Shown here: piece after piece, positions 24,414 through 38,291 of the stretch | Numbering within the stretch: the stretch's first letter is position 1 | Layout: every line of letters begins with the position of its first letter | Assembly: GCA_026936335.1 (NCBI GenBank) | Contig: JAPMXV010000010.1 | Span: forward strand, 186,001 to 250,000 | Source: Mantamonas sphyraenae STR306 | Lineage: Eukaryota > Protista > CRuMs | Direction: 5' to 3' | Length of the DNA stretch: 64,000 nucleotides | Notes under the pieces: generated by a model | Told to the model about the DNA's origin: nothing | The model's input: the letters and a program-made list of their open reading frames with translations, nothing else | The model's database searches: none | Translations under genes and position numbers: made by a program

Positions 24414-27400
24414 TGACGACGATGACGAGGAGGCACTGTCCTTGCTGCGTGTGCCAGGCATGCTGTACAGGTGGGTAGCCTCGCTGCCGTCCAGGTACAG
24501 ATACGGCGATTGGCTGTGTTTCCGTGCAAAGCCCGTGACGTCGGCCTCGTCCAGAGGGACGGCGGCCATGGTGCGTGGCAGCATGCACTGCACCAACACG
24601 TAGTACACCATGTTGATCTTCTGCAAACAGGCCACGCTGGCGTCGCTTGCGTTGGCCAGTGTGGCCATCAATCGCTTGCGCACAGGCTGCACCTGCTCCT
24701 GCACCAGGGCAAACATGTCGTCGTGGCCCACCCGTCCACTGCGCACCTCGGTGGCCATCCAACCACAAAAGTCCCACAGTCGCTCCGATGCCACGTTGCC
24801 ATCCTGTACCAGGGCACACAAGGTTGCCATGCACGTTGCCCTATCCTTCACTGCACTCAGCGAGCAGGCCATTCCTGCGCTGCCCAAGGAGTCACCCGTG
24901 ATGGCCACTGCCACATCGGATGCTGTTGTCGCAGTCGCAGTCGCAGTTGCAGTTGCAGTTGCAGTTGTGCTGCTGCTTCTGTTTGCTGCCATGTTGCTGT
25001 TCTCCTCCTCTTCTTCCTCCCCTTCCACGTGCATCGCTCCGTTGCGCTTGCCAGATGCCGACGCCGACGCCGACGCCGACGTGCGTGTGGTCTTGCGCAC
25101 AGGCAGCTCAAAGGTGAGCTTGTGCTTGGCGTGTAGGTTGGCCATGAGCAGGGAGTTTGGCGAAAGGGCCAACCCGTAGCCCGAGTACGGCGTGGCAATC
25201 ACTCGATTCGGGTTCTGCGACGTCACCAGCGACCCATCCAGGGCCATTGTATACCAATCCAAGCTGCTGAGGCCGCCCGTGAGTCCGCTGACAATGTCGC
25301 CGTGGCCTTCGTGGAGCACACTGACATCCACGTCGCCCGGTGCCCACCTGCTCACGCGGGATCCCTTACCCACCATCAGGAAGCCCTTGTCTGCTTGTGT
25401 CTCTGCACCCACCCAGGCCAGCGAAGTCACGGGCGTGGCATCCTCCTGGGCAATCTGGAAAAAGTGGCGCACATCCACTTTGACCAGAAACTGTGCGCCT
25501 TGCATGGCCTCCACGTTCACCTCCCAAATTTTCACGTCACCATTGGGGGAGCCTGTGACCAGCTTGCAGCTTGTGTCTGCGCCGGATGGGATGAAGCACA
25601 GGTGGGTGCACCAGCCCGTGTGTGCCTGGAAGTTGGCCACCAATTGGAACGGGGTGTTTTCCAGCTGAGGCAGCCATGTCTGCACGTCATCCACACCCAA
25701 CGCATCGCCATCGACGCCGTCGGGTGCACGTGTGCTCACAGAGAAGCGCCGTTCGTCCTGCGGCGGCAGCCACATGGGACAGGCCCACAGGGTGACACGG
25801 CCCTTGGAACCGGCGGCCACAAAGCAAAACGGGCGGCCGTCCAGTTGCAACTCGGCCGAACAGGCCACGGTGAGGTTGCCCTCTGCGTTGTGCTTCGTCA
25901 GACGCAACACATTGACCCTGTTCTTGCTGCTCGAGGAGGAGGAGGAGCTGCTGCTGCTGGCCGCACTCACGTTGGAGTACCGTCGCTTCTTCTTGCTCTT
26001 CTCCTTCTGCTCCTCTGCAAACGACGTCGCCTTTTGCTGCACCGAACTCTCCGCCCCCTTTTCCATCGTCTCTTGGAATCGCACCTCCAGTCGTTCCCGC
26101 TCCCGCTCCGTGTCGGCTCCACCCTCGTCGTTCGTCTCGCGTCCTCGTTTGCGTCCACTTCGTCCACCTCCCATGGTGGTGGTGGTGGTGGTGGTGCTGG
26201 TGCTGGTGCTGGTGGTAGCTGCTGCGTTGTTTGCGCTGGTGTTGTTTCTGCCAGCTGAGGAGGCAGCGGTGGAAGCTGCTGCCCCGCGTGCAGAGGTGGA
26301 CGACGACGACGACACCATCTCCGCCTCCATCTCCTTCATCTTGGTTGCCTTGAGGATGGCAGAAAGAGCATTGTTGACATCCACCTTGCGGTCATCCGGG
26401 GTCAGCAGAAAGTAGGAGCTCCACGACTGAGCATACTGGTTGGCAGTGTAGTAGTCAAGCTGCGACTCGGACAGCACTTCCAAAGGACGCCATTGGCTGG
26501 AATACCGGTTCATGGGCGGCACATACGCCGTCAACTCGCCCATGGTATCACACGCAACAATCAGACCCCTGTGGTGAGGGTGTCACATGGCCACCCGCGT
26601 GAGTGTGTGGTGAGTGTGCGTCAGCATGCCCGTGTCCCCCAAAATCTCTTCATGCGCAGTCCGTTTTTGCCCGTGGCCGTGTGTTGACACACACACTCAG
26701 ACACACAGACACACACACAGATAGACACACAGACACACACCACGTGCGCAAAGTGGCGTCCCATCCCATGCACACGCAACGTACGTGCGACGCGTGGACT
26801 TGAGCACGCGGAAGGAGGCTGGAGAAAACGCAAAGCCGCGAAAGGTGGCTTCTGCCGAGGCCTGTGAGCCGTCGCTGCTGGTCAATCCCAGGCGGGCCAC
26901 CTTGAGCTCAATGGGCGAATTCACGGTAAACTCGTCTGCAAGGCCACAAGCAACACAGGAGCACGCGGCAGGGCAGGTAGGCGGAGGTTGGCAGGTGTCA
27001 GCCTCAGCATCCATCATTCGTCCCCCCTCCCTCACTCTGTTCGTCTCCCCGTGGGTCAAGGCGTACCTGCAGACAGATGCTCCTTGCGATCCAGCGTGAC
27101 CCTATGTGTGTACACATTCTTGAGGGCAAACTCGTGTGCTTGCTGTGTGTTTGTGGGGAAGCGTGAGGTGACGATCACACTTGTCAGCAATCCACAAATC
27201 AAAAAATCCCCGCGCCAGCGTTGCAAGTGGGCCTGTGTACACGGCCCATGGCCATTGACAGGGGCTACGCTGTGGACAGCAGAGAAGGCCTATGGGTCAC
27301 CTACATGAACGTAGATGTGTTGGCTGGTCATGATGGCCAGGCGTCCGTCGGCACTCCATTGGACGGCGTCGGCATAGACGGCAGGAGCGCTGATGCTTGT

Positions 27401-27544
27401 GATCATGCGCAGTGGCTGCAGGTACGTATCGTCGTCACTCCGCGGTGCGCTTGTTGTGCTGCTCTGCACATCCATGTCTGAACTGTCGCCTCTGCTGCTG
27501 CTGCTGCTATGCTGTTCATATCGATGCGACGACACCTCCATCAT
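23343..27544 (-). CDS. GTF3C4: TFIIIC 90-kDa subunit-like (WD40 plus C-terminal zinc finger), multi-exon
   Basis: N-terminal AVQWSADGRLAI, WD40 repeats (AHTGWCTHL, LVTGSPNGDVKIW), and C-terminal CAVC...CSNRHPVHRC...CVCC. Confidence 0.65.
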
Positions 27545-27601
27545 CACACAGGCTGGTTTGGGTTGCCGCGAACCGCGCCTGTGCAACCACGCACCACAAC
27601 C

Positions 27602-29427
27602 ATGACGAGTCGTGCGTCCAGCTTCTCCTTGGCTGCCCACGAGTTTAGCAGCAGTGTCAACACGCAGGGAAGCGTATCTTCCTCACAGGACATGTTGCTG
27701 GACGAACCCGACGAGGATGTGCGTAGGCTGCGTGCCGCCGCCGAAGCCCAACAGGCGGCGGCCAGGCAGGCCCAAGGCGCTGTGCCCAAAGGTGCCTCCT
27801 TCCACAACGATGACCTGGAGGACCTTGGCGTGGCCAGCACCCTCATGAATCTCAAGCGGACGCCGAGCAACATCAGCAACAGCAGCCAGACGCAGAACGA
27901 ATCGGCCCTTGCCGTCGTGCAGCAGATAGCACACATGCGTGCCCAGGAGAGGCATCTGGTGTCCCCCAATGGCCTCCTGGGCACAGATGGTAGTGACAGA
28001 GACGACGACCTCGACGACGAGTTTGGTGACATGCCTCTGTCGCAGGAAACAGAGCCTGCAGAGCAGGATGTGCACGAACTCAACACAAGCACTCGAAGCA
28101 CAGCCAGCTCCAGGCGCAACCAAGGCATGCGTGGCCTGCCTCCACGCAACCCCAGCAAGCGCAAACACTCCTCCACAGATGCACTCACCGTCATGGCTCT
28201 GCAGTCCCACAACATGATCCAGCAGCAGTCGGCGGCCGCTGCCTCCAGCGACTCATTTGCCGGGAACTCAGCCAAGCGCCAACGAGTCGACTCCTCCAGC
28301 ATGCCCAGCTCGCCCGGCTCCACCCGCTCGCTTCGCACACGCAAGAACGCGGCATCGTCATCCAACCAGCCCACTCCGTCGCGCTGGACCAACGAGTCTG
28401 ACCTGCCTCGGCCCAAACGCGGGCCGAAAAAGGTGAGTGAAAGACGCGCCAAAAGAGAGGTCTCAGGAACTGTCCACCTCGCCACTCGTGGCGCCCTGCA
28501 CACGCACACACACACATCACACCCCTGTACCACCTCCCATTGTGCTCACACACCTCATGCGCACCTACAACACACACCACACACACACAGGGTGGACACA
28601 CAGCCATCTCGTTCCCGCTGCGCTTGTGGGATGCGGTGACCACCCTGCCCAACTCTGTCGTCGAGTGGGTCCTCGACGGCATGGCTTTCACAGTATACGA
28701 CTATCAGGAGCTGTGCGCACAGATCGGACCCATGCAGATCGACTCGTTGCAGTCGGACCTGCGCAAACACAAGTTTCGCCGAGTGAAAATGGACACCCGC
28801 AGCAGCGTGCACGCCTGGAGCCACGAGTTTTTTGTACAGCGCGACCGCGAACTTGCCTCCCAGATACGCCGCAAGCCAAAGAACTCCAGGAAGGGCAAGG
28901 GCAGCAATGCAGGCGGCGCAAACGCAAACGCACGCCCAGCCACCGATCGTCGCGGCCACGGCCAGCAGATCGACCTCACTGCAGACTCCCACGATTGGGT
29001 ACACTCCTTGCGCACCGCACTTCTCAAAGGTAAGATCGAGAAGCTGCCCTGGGACCAGGTACCCTCCACGCAACGACTGCCCGTCTTTCAAAGCCTCTGG
29101 GCAGCCTACACAGAGAACGAGCGCCTTGCCGTGCAACAGTACATCACTGCTATGCGCTTGGGTGAATACATGGCCTCCTCCTCCTCCGCTGGGGCCATCG
29201 TTGCAGCTGCCACAGCCACGTCGGCTGCACAGCCCACCACCAACGACGACGACGACGACCTCGACGACGACACTGATGTTGAGGATGAACAAGCACAGCC
29301 ACCCAGCAAGATTGAGCCAGAGATCTCGCCAGAGCTGCAAGCAGACGAGGTCCTGTCGCAGTCGACAGCGGAACCGCTCTCGCAGGGGTCAACTTCTCCA
29401 AGAAAGGCAGGACGCAGGAGGGGATGA
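27602..29427 (+). CDS. HSF-type DNA-binding domain protein, 2 exons
   Basis: SFPLRLWDAV...VEWVLDGMAFTV...WSHEFFVQRDRELASQIRRK matches the HSF DNA-binding domain pattern. Phase-0 intron at 28433-28590. Confidence 0.78.
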
Positions 29428-29455
29428 GACAAATCCGGAACTTTCCATACATTCT

Positions 29456-32400
29456 TCACATTCCAAACTCGTCGTCATCCATGCCAATGTCGATGTGCAC
29501 TCCGCCTCCGTCGTTGCCTGCGTGCGACACAGCCCCGGCGTCAAAGAACCACGAGTCGTCCACACCCTTGACCTTGGGCTTGCGCGGTACGCCTGCACAC
29601 TCCTCGTCGGCTGTGAAGCGGTCCTCGTTTTCGGGGTCCTCGTCCAACACCTTGATCACAATGATGTCGCCGCTCTTCAGCGTCATATCGTTCTTGCGCA
29701 GGTTCTTCCAGTCGTCCAACCCCTTCGGAGTCTGGTTCTTGTTCTTGCCCTTGCCCTTCTTGCCCTTCTTGCCCTTCTTTCCTTTGTCGTCTCCGCCATC
29801 CGTGTTGCTCTCCTCCTTCTTGCCGTCTTCCTCGGCCTTTTCTGCCTTGGCCAACTTCTCCTCCTCCAGGCGCTTCTCTGCCTCCACCACACTCTGTGGC
29901 TTGCTGCCCTCCTGCACCAGCATCCACAGGTCGTTGTAGTGGAAGTACTTGTACAGCTCCATGTTGCTCTTGGCAATGCCCGTCTGTTTGCTCACGGCCT
30001 CGTACACGTCGTCCGCAAGCACAGTCTTGCCAGTCACCACCACCTCGCCCACTTCGCTGAACGACTTGGTCTCTGCGTTGCGCTTGTACACAAACATCAC
30101 CACGTCGTTGGGTCCCACCGTGTCAGGCTCGTCCAGCACCTGCACCACGACGTTCGAGTTGGCTCCCAGACCCTGCTTCTTCAGCGCCTGGTCATCCTTT
30201 GTCATGATGCGTGTGCCCTGCCACACACGCAGGTACATCGGGTTCAGCGCCTGCACAACCCCGCGGAACTCGTTCAGAATCGCAGCCTTCAGCTCCACCA
30301 GCTTCGAAAACTTGCTGATCGGCACCTCTCCCAGCATCCTTGCATATGCCTGGTGTGCAAGCAGGTCGTACGGCGGATCCGCTCGGTTCTTGAACACGGT
30401 CGGCGAGTAGATCTGGTACGGCTCCAGATCCAGATACTCGTCCACCGTCTTGCGTGTGTCTTCTTCCTCCCCCGACGCAAGCTTGCGTGCCAACTCGGCG
30501 TCCCCATCTGTGTTGGGTGTCTCATCTGCGCCGGCGCCCTCAGCCTGTGCCTCGGTCTGCGCCTCACCCTGCGCCTCACCCTGTGCTTCACCCTGTGCCT
30601 CGGCTCCGTCTTCCAGCTGGCCAATCATGGCCGGGTCGTCCGCACCCAGCAGGTTCTCCGTGCCCACCGCAGCGTTGCTCTGTTCGATGCTCCAGCGCTG
30701 ACGCCAGGCCTCGCAGATGTCGTGGATCTCGGCCGTGGCCTCGGCAGGCGGCATCCAGTGGTACAACACCACGCCCACCTCAATCTCGCCTTTCACAGGC
30801 ACACGCCCTTCCTCCACGTACACACACTCGTTGTCGTAGATCTCACACTGCTCCAGCGTCTTCTCCTCCATCTCTTCGTCAAAGATCGCGCCGGGCTCTT
30901 GCAAAAAGTTGGTGCGACGCACGCGGTACGTACGCCACTTTTCTGCCTCTGCAAACTCCACACACTCTGCCTTGAGCTTTGCCAGCGTGTTGTTCTTGCG
31001 CGTCTGGATCTGGTACACCATCCCGTTGGCCTCACCAGCCTCCTCCTCCGTTTCGTCAGCCATGTGGAAGACAAAACGGATGCAGATCTGCGATTCCGCG
31101 TCGTCCAGCTCCACAATCAGACGTGCCATGTCACCCACCCCACAGCCCACCAGGCTGCGGTTGTCCTCCGGGTCAAACATGGCGCCTGCGGTCGACCCCT
31201 CGCCCAGCACCCAGCGCAGCACCATCATGTCCAGAGGCGCCTCGGCAAGCGAAGGCACTGTGGTCACCACCGCTGCCTTGAGGTCGTTCTGAGACCAGTC
31301 CTTCTGCGCCTCAATCACGTACTCCTTCGGCTCTTCTTGGCCCTCCTCCAGCGGGTTGATGCCGTCCAGAATCACCACGCTCATCATGTTCTCCAGCTTG
31401 TCCCACTCGGCAATGGCCAGCGACTCGGGACGGTCCACCGTGCCAACCAGCTTCTCCACCGTCACCAGCTCCGGGTACGTGGCCGACAGCATCTGGTCGT
31501 CGTTCTTGAAGGGCCTGCAGCTGGTGCGCGTGGCCACGGCACACAAGCATCTCCTCGGGTGCCAGGCCCGTCACCTCCATCAGCGCTGCCTTGAGGTCAA
31601 ACACAGACTTGGATTCCAGCAGCTTCACCTGGAACTCCATCGGCTCCACACCCTCCAGCTGGAAGAACTTGACCGTGATGTCCAGCTCCTCGTCGACAAA
31701 CTCCACCTCGTCGCCCTTCCACACCAGCAGGTGTGCGCCGTCGCTGATGTCTGCCTCCTTCAGCGTCTTGTGCTTCGATGCGTCGACGTGCGTCAACATG
31801 TGCACCTTTTCGTAGTCCGTGTTGACCTCGTCCAGGCGCACCTCGCGGCCCAACTCTGCAAGTTCCGGCTGTCGCTCCTGCAGGATGGCGTTCACTTCGT
31901 CCAGAAAGTCCTCCAATGGGCCCTCCCTGTCCGTGGTGATCTTGAACACGCGCGGGTCCTCGTCCTCGTCCAGCTGTTCAAACCCCTCCACAGGAAGCGG
32001 CTCCGTGTACAGCTTGCCATGGCGGAAGTCGAAGCGCGACAACAGAAACAGCTTGACCGTAATCTGTCGCTGTTGGATCTCCCACTCTTCGCGGTCCTTG
32101 CGGATCTGCTCGTTCAGGCCGTCCACCCACTGCTGCAGCTCTGCTGGCATCTCCGGATGGCACGGGTCCACATCCCACAGCGACGTGTGTCGGTACACAA
32201 GCATGGCTGCGTTCTCGCCCATGTTGTTGCCGCCGTACTGCTTTGCCACATGCTCCGTGGGAATCGGCGTCACCGAGCTGTCGTTGAAATCGTACCACTT
32301 GCTCTCAAGGATGCGCTTCATGATCGGATTGTCGGGCAGCTGTGCCTTGGCCTCCTCCTTGTTGTTGTTGCTGGTGTCCTTGTCCCCCTCGGTCACCGCC

Positions 32401-34572
32401 TTTGCCTTGCCCTTGTCCTCGCTGGTGCTTCCCTCCTCGGCGTCTCCTTCCGACGCAGCAGCCTCTCCGTCGTTCTCCTTGTCCTCTTCCTTGTCCTCTG
32501 CCTCCTCATCCTCATCCACAGGCACCTTGTGCACGCCGGTGCCCGACGTGTCGCGGATGTAGGCGTGGTAGTGGCCTCCGCCTGCGCCTCCGCTGTGGAT
32601 GACCACAGCAAAGAGGTCGTACAAGTGCTCGCTGTCCACGTTGAAGTCACTCTGCTTCAGTGGCGGAATCTCCTCCTTCTTCTTCTTGTCGTCCGCCCCC
32701 TTGCCCTGGCGTTCCAATCGCTTGCGTTCTTGTTTCTCCCTGCGCAGACGACGCTTCTCCTTCTTGGACAGCTTCTTCTTGCCCTCTCCCTCTCCCTCTC
32801 CCTCTCCCTCTCCCTGCTCCTTATCATCCTCATCGTCATCCTCACCGTCGACGTCGTCCTCGTTGTCGCCTTCATCCTCCTTGTCCTTGTCCTTGTCCTT
32901 GTCCTCGGAGGACGGCCCATTGTTGGTGGCGCTCTCCTCCTGCGCAGCCTCCTCCGGGTTGGCCTCTGCAGCAGCGGCGGCCGCAGCTCGCTCTTCCTCC
33001 TCCTTGGCCATCTTGGCCAGCCACTCCTGCTTGCGTGCCTCCCGCTCGTCGATGCGCTTGTGCACACCGGCGGTCAGGTACGGCTCCATGTCCAGCACCA
33101 GCGGAAAGGCAAACTTGGTGTTGATCTTGAAGCGTGTGCCGCTGGCCATGTCCCAGCCCAAACGGCCCGGGTTGATGGTCAGGATGGGCGGCAGCGACTG
33201 GAAGCTGTACCCCATGCGAGCCGTTGTCTTTTCGCCACACACGTCGCACGAGTATGCCTCGTCGCCCTCCAGCATGGCATACTCTGTGTAACCCTGCAGA
33301 CCAATCTCCAGCGTCTTGCGACCCTCCACGTGGATCGTCACGTCCTGGAACGTCTCTTGGCGCTCGTGCGTGGTCATGCACTTGGTGCACGTCAGCTCGT
33401 GCAGCTGCGTGCCTTCGTACAGTTTCGGAATGAAATCCACCTGCTCTGTGCCACGCAGCGACCTGCACAGAAGTGGCGGTGGAGTGTGAGTGGAAAAAGG
33501 GAGAGAGAGGGGGGGGGGGAAAGGGGGAGAGCCGGGGGGTGCACACTTTGTGCTGATTGATCATCTCTCGTGTTTGTCCCTTTACCTGTGCATGGCGTCA
33601 AACAGCACGCGGTTCAGCTCGGTGATATCCTGCTGCTGGCTCACTTGGTTGTTCTGCAAGCGATGTGGCGATGCATATGCGCGTGCATGCGTGTGTGTGC
33701 GCGTGTGTCAGTTGGTGTTGGTGTGTGCGGCAGAGAGGGGAATTCGCGGCCCAGTCTCACCTTCCAGCCAAAGCTCTCTGTCAGCTTGGTTGTGGACACT
33801 GCCTCGACGTCGTAGCCCTGCATCATGGCAAACAACTGACGCATGCGGATCGGCACGCGTCGCACAATCTTCTTGGGCCTGCAACGTGTGCACGGGAGCC
33901 AAAAAAAGGTCAAGGAGGGCGGTGTGTCAGCTTTGGGTTTGTGTCCTTGGGTTTCGCGCTGCCCTCACGGCTGCACCAACATGATAGTGTGTACATGCAC
34001 ACACGCACAGACACACAGAGACAAAAGCACACACACACACAAAGGGCTGTCTTGCACACTCTCACGTCCAACCTACTTGTCGCCAGCGGCGGCTTCCTCG
34101 GCCTCCATCTTGGCCACCTGTGCCTCGATCTCTTCGCTGGCACCCCAAACGAAATCCATCACCTTCTCGTCGTCCTCGGTTTCATTGTCGCACAGATGCA
34201 TGCGGCAGTGAGCTGCTTCTCCTCAAAGCCCATGGGGCCCATCTGGGCAAGCAGACGGCCCACAATTCCCGTGAAATCGGGTGGGCTCTCGCCTGCGTCT
34301 TCGCTCTCCTCTCCGCGTGCCTCCTTCTCGTCCTCTGCCATCAGCGTGGCCGTGCCCAGCACTTCGTCGTCCATCTGGTACATGGCCAGGCGGAACTCGG
34401 GTGTCAGGTACATGGCCTGCAGCAGCGAGTTGAGGTAGCAGGTGGAGCCTTGGTTCAGCAGGCCCGCAAGGCCCACCTCCCCACGCTCGTCCGTGGGTGC
34501 ACGGTTGAACGAGCCAAATCCACCGCCTCCCGACGACGTGTCAAAGCCAAACAACGCTCCCAAATCACTCAT
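29456..34572 (-). CDS. USP40: Ubiquitin-specific protease USP40-like with Ubl repeats, multi-exon
   Basis: GLLNQGSTCYLNSLLQAMYLTPEFR, VPIRMRQLFA...LTESFGW, HSGGAGGGHYHAYIRD and WYDFNDS. Frameshifts near 34202 and ~31530. Confidence 0.8.
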
Positions 34573-34726
34573 GTTTCTTTCAACGGGTTGGTTGTGGGTC
34601 TTGGTGGGCGAACAAGCGCACCACCGGCTCTTCATCATCATCATCATCATCACCATCATCGTCACCGTCCACACTCCCTCTCTCTGTCATGCATCAGCAT
34701 CAGCATCAGCGTCAACATCACACTCT

Positions 34727-36087
34727 TCACTCCACTTCCTCCGGGTTGAGTCCGGTGGACACCTCCTCAGCCAGACCGGCATCACCCTCGCTGGTGGCAA
34801 CGTCGTCGGCAGCGGCGGCGGTAGTGGTGGCAGTGGCCTCGGCGGCAGCCGTCACCTCGTCCACCTGAGCCTCCTTCTCAGCCTGGGCCTTGGCCTTGGC
34901 TTCGGCTTCAGCCTTCTCCTTGAGAGCCTTGGCCTCGGCCTCTGCAGCAGCACGCAGGGTGCTGGCCTCCTCGTTGACCATGGTAGCCAGCGAACGGGCT
35001 GCCATGAGCATGTCGCCATAGGTTTTCGCCACCTCGGCGGCATCCCACTCGTCCTGGCCGCCCAGCTGCTTGCTCTGCTCCAGGCCGCGCACGTTGACAA
35101 AGCGAGCCACGGTGGAAAAGTTCACCGTCGCCGGCTCCACATCACCCGCCAGTGCCGTGGTGCTGCTTGCTCCGGCCTCGTCCACGCTGTTGGTGTCCTC
35201 GGCACCGGCGCCTGCACCTGCACCTGCACCTGCAGCCTTGTTGGCTGCACGTCCGCGTCGCTCGCGGTGGCGAATGACGTCGCGCTGGACGTACTCCACA
35301 GCCGCACCCTGGTGTTCCATGACCAGGTGGGTGTGACGACGGCGTGCGCCGATGTACGACATGTGACGCGGCAGGCGGGGAAGCACCAGGTCGCCCGTGG
35401 CCTTGCTCAGCTTGATGCCCTGGGCCACGTTCACCACCTGCTGCGGCACAAAGCCCGTGGATGCCGCACGCACGCCCAAGCGCAGGTCGCTGCCAGAGCC
35501 CCACTGCAGGTAGTCCTCCGTGTGCACGTACTGCTGGAACGAACGGATGGAGTGCACCTTGAGGGGCGCAAACTCCTCCTCCTCCTCACCCTCGGCGTCT
35601 GCCTCCAGGTACAGGTTGAAGTGACGGTTCACAGGCTCGCCACGGCCGCGCTTCAGCATCAGATGGACGTTGTAGCGCTCCACCTTGTCTGCATCAAAGA
35701 CGGTGGACTTGACCACGCCGCCTTCAAACTCGTCCACGCCCTCGGCAAACTCGTACTTCAGTTCGCCCTTGTTCACCATGGCCACCACGTCCGCCAGCGT
35801 GTGCTCCTCCTCCGACACCTTCTTGGGCACGTCGTAGAAGAACAGCAGGCCAAACTGAGCCAGCACTTCCGTCGAAAACGACTGTGCCGTCGGCGGGCCT
35901 CGCGGCGGCTTGGGACGAGCCCCCGTCGCAGCAGAGGTCGACGTCGTCGACTGGCTTGCGCTGTCGTCGTTGTCGTTGTCGTTGTCGTCATTGTTGTCGT
36001 CATCATTGTCGTCGTTGTCCTCCTCGCCATCGGCGTTGTCGTTGTCCTCTCTCCTCCTCGGCCTTCTTCTCGTCCGCGGCTGCGTCA

Positions 36088-36118
<31 letters not shown>

Positions 36119-36841
36119 CGGCTGCTGCGGTCTTCCTGGCCTCGAGGGCTGCCAGACGCTCGGTCTCGGCCTGGAGCTTGGCGGCGACGTCGGTGTCGAC
36201 GGCATCCATCTGGGCCTTGAGGGCCAGCAGGGCGTTGGTGATCTTCTCCACGCGAGTGGCACCGTCCACGTTGGCAATGCTGGTCACGGTCAGCTTGGCC
36301 TCGTCGTCCACAGAGTAGCCTTCGCGCTCAAACTCCGTTTTGGGTTCGTAGGGCTTGAGCACGTAGCAACGGCGTGCGTAAGGCAGCTGCAAGTGGCGTG
36401 CGCTCACCTGCTCGAAACGAACCAGCTCATCGCCCTTCAGATCACCGTCCAGAAGGAGGAACTTGGAGGCGTCGATGGAAGCCTGCACCTGGTTGGCAGC
36501 CGCCTCGACGTTGTCCTTGGAGCCCTCCAGCTTGAGCAAGCAGGTGCCACGGTCGAAGCGCATCATGGCACGCACGCCCGTGCTCTTCTCCAGCTCCGCC
36601 AGCTTCTCGCCGTTGAAGCCATACACCACACCGATGCTGTGGTCAGGCACATACAGCGAGCGACGGCCCTGCTGCCAGTCACGCTCAGCTGCCTTCTTGC
36701 TCTTGGCATCGTTCTTTCCGCTGCTGCTGCTGCTGTTGTTGTTGTTGTTGTTGTTGGCAGCCTTGCCCTTGCCTGTGTTGTTGTTGTTGTTGTTGTTGTT
36801 GCTGGCGTTCTTGCCCTTTCCTGTGCTGCCCTTCTTGCCAC

Positions 36842-36875
<34 letters not shown>

Positions 36876-38173
36876 GCCACCACGTGCGTTCTTGCCTGTG
36901 TTGCTGTTGCTGTTGCTGTTGTTGTTGTTGGCATTGCGTCCACCGCCCCGTGTCGTGCTGGTGTTGGTGTTGCGGCCTCCAGACACCTGGGTCTGCTTGC
37001 CCTTGCCCGAAACCTTGCTGTTGCTGTTGCTGTTGTTGTTGTTGTTGTTGTTGTTGCGTCCGGTGCGGTTGCTGTTGCTGTTTGTGTTGCCGCGTACGAT
37101 GTTGCGGTTGAGGCTTCGGCCACGTGCATCGCTGCTGCTTCCACGGCTGCTCGTGCTGCTGCTGCTGCTGCTGCTGCGACTCTGGCGCTCCTGCTCCTTC
37201 TTGAAGTGGTTCGAGTGGTCGCGCTTCACCATTTGCACCACAGGGTACTTCTTGATCAGCTCCACCAGGCCGTAAAAGGCGCGTTCGACAAACTCGGGAT
37301 CGCCTTCGATGGTGATGATGCCGTTGTTGTTCTTTGCGCCTGCTCACACGCACACACAGGGCCATCACACACTTCCGGTGTCAGCAGCGTTACCATCTAC
37401 ACGCATAGCAGCACGCAGTACGCATTGCGGCGACTGCAGCGCACGCATGCTTGGCCCGCAGGAGGCCAAGCCGGAATGCCCGCTCTGACGCGAGAGAGGA
37501 AAAGAGGCGCAGGTGGTGCGGCACGCCCACCCGAAAAACTCACTCTTGGGCATGCGGATCTCCACACGGTCGTCCTGCAGGCGCTGGACCTCCTGGCGGT
37601 GGGCGAGGAGCACATCAAGGAATGCGCTGTGTGGGCGGGCAGGCGTCAGCAGCGGCGGCAGAGTGCAGTCAAGAGCGGCGCAAGGCGTGGACGCGTTCTT
37701 GGAAAACGAATGCGCAGCGTGTTTTGCACGCCACGTGGGCACGCACACACATCGCACACAGCACACAACCTACGTCTTGACAAACAGCACACCCAGAGAG
37801 GCGCTCTCGACGTCCACCTGGTTGGACATGGTGGCCACCGCGTCGAAAATTTCGCTTTCCGTGTTGCTTCGGCTGACAATCTCAAAGTCCAGCTTGCCTT
37901 CCTCGTCGGGCTCGGCGTTCTTTGGCGGCGCCGAAACCTGCGCCTTGGAAGTCTGTGTTTGCAGGGCACGGATATACACGTGGGATCATGTGAGCAAGGG
38001 TGTGGGGTGTGGGTGTGCGCATTGTCGTGTACGCCGCTCTCCTCTCGTCGTCTCCGTACCTGCATGAGTTCGCGGATGTTCTTGCCACCCGTACCGATGA
38101 GACGGCCCACATCGTCTGCGTACACAGGCACCACCATGTGCAACTTGACTGCTTTACTGACTGACACGCCCAT
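34727..38173 (-). CDS. KH-domain RNA-binding protein with an N/Q/G low-complexity region, multi-exon
   Basis: VGRLIGTGGKNIRELMQ and IGVVYGFNGEKLAELEKSTGV are KH GxxG motifs. Frameshift near 36050. Confidence 0.75.
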
Positions 38174-38291
38174 TTCTGCTGTCTGCTCTTTGGTGGCTGC
38201 AACGGCGCATCGACGACACCCAGTGGATGCTTGAGGGATGGAAAGGGATGGAAGTGTAGCGTGTGCATTCAACCAGTGGGCACCTGTTCAC

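Noticed and set aside
36720-37180. Long (GTT/GCT)n trinucleotide arrays
   Set aside because: These are coding poly-N/Q/S tracts in the KH protein, typical of this genome, not a repeat-spacer array.
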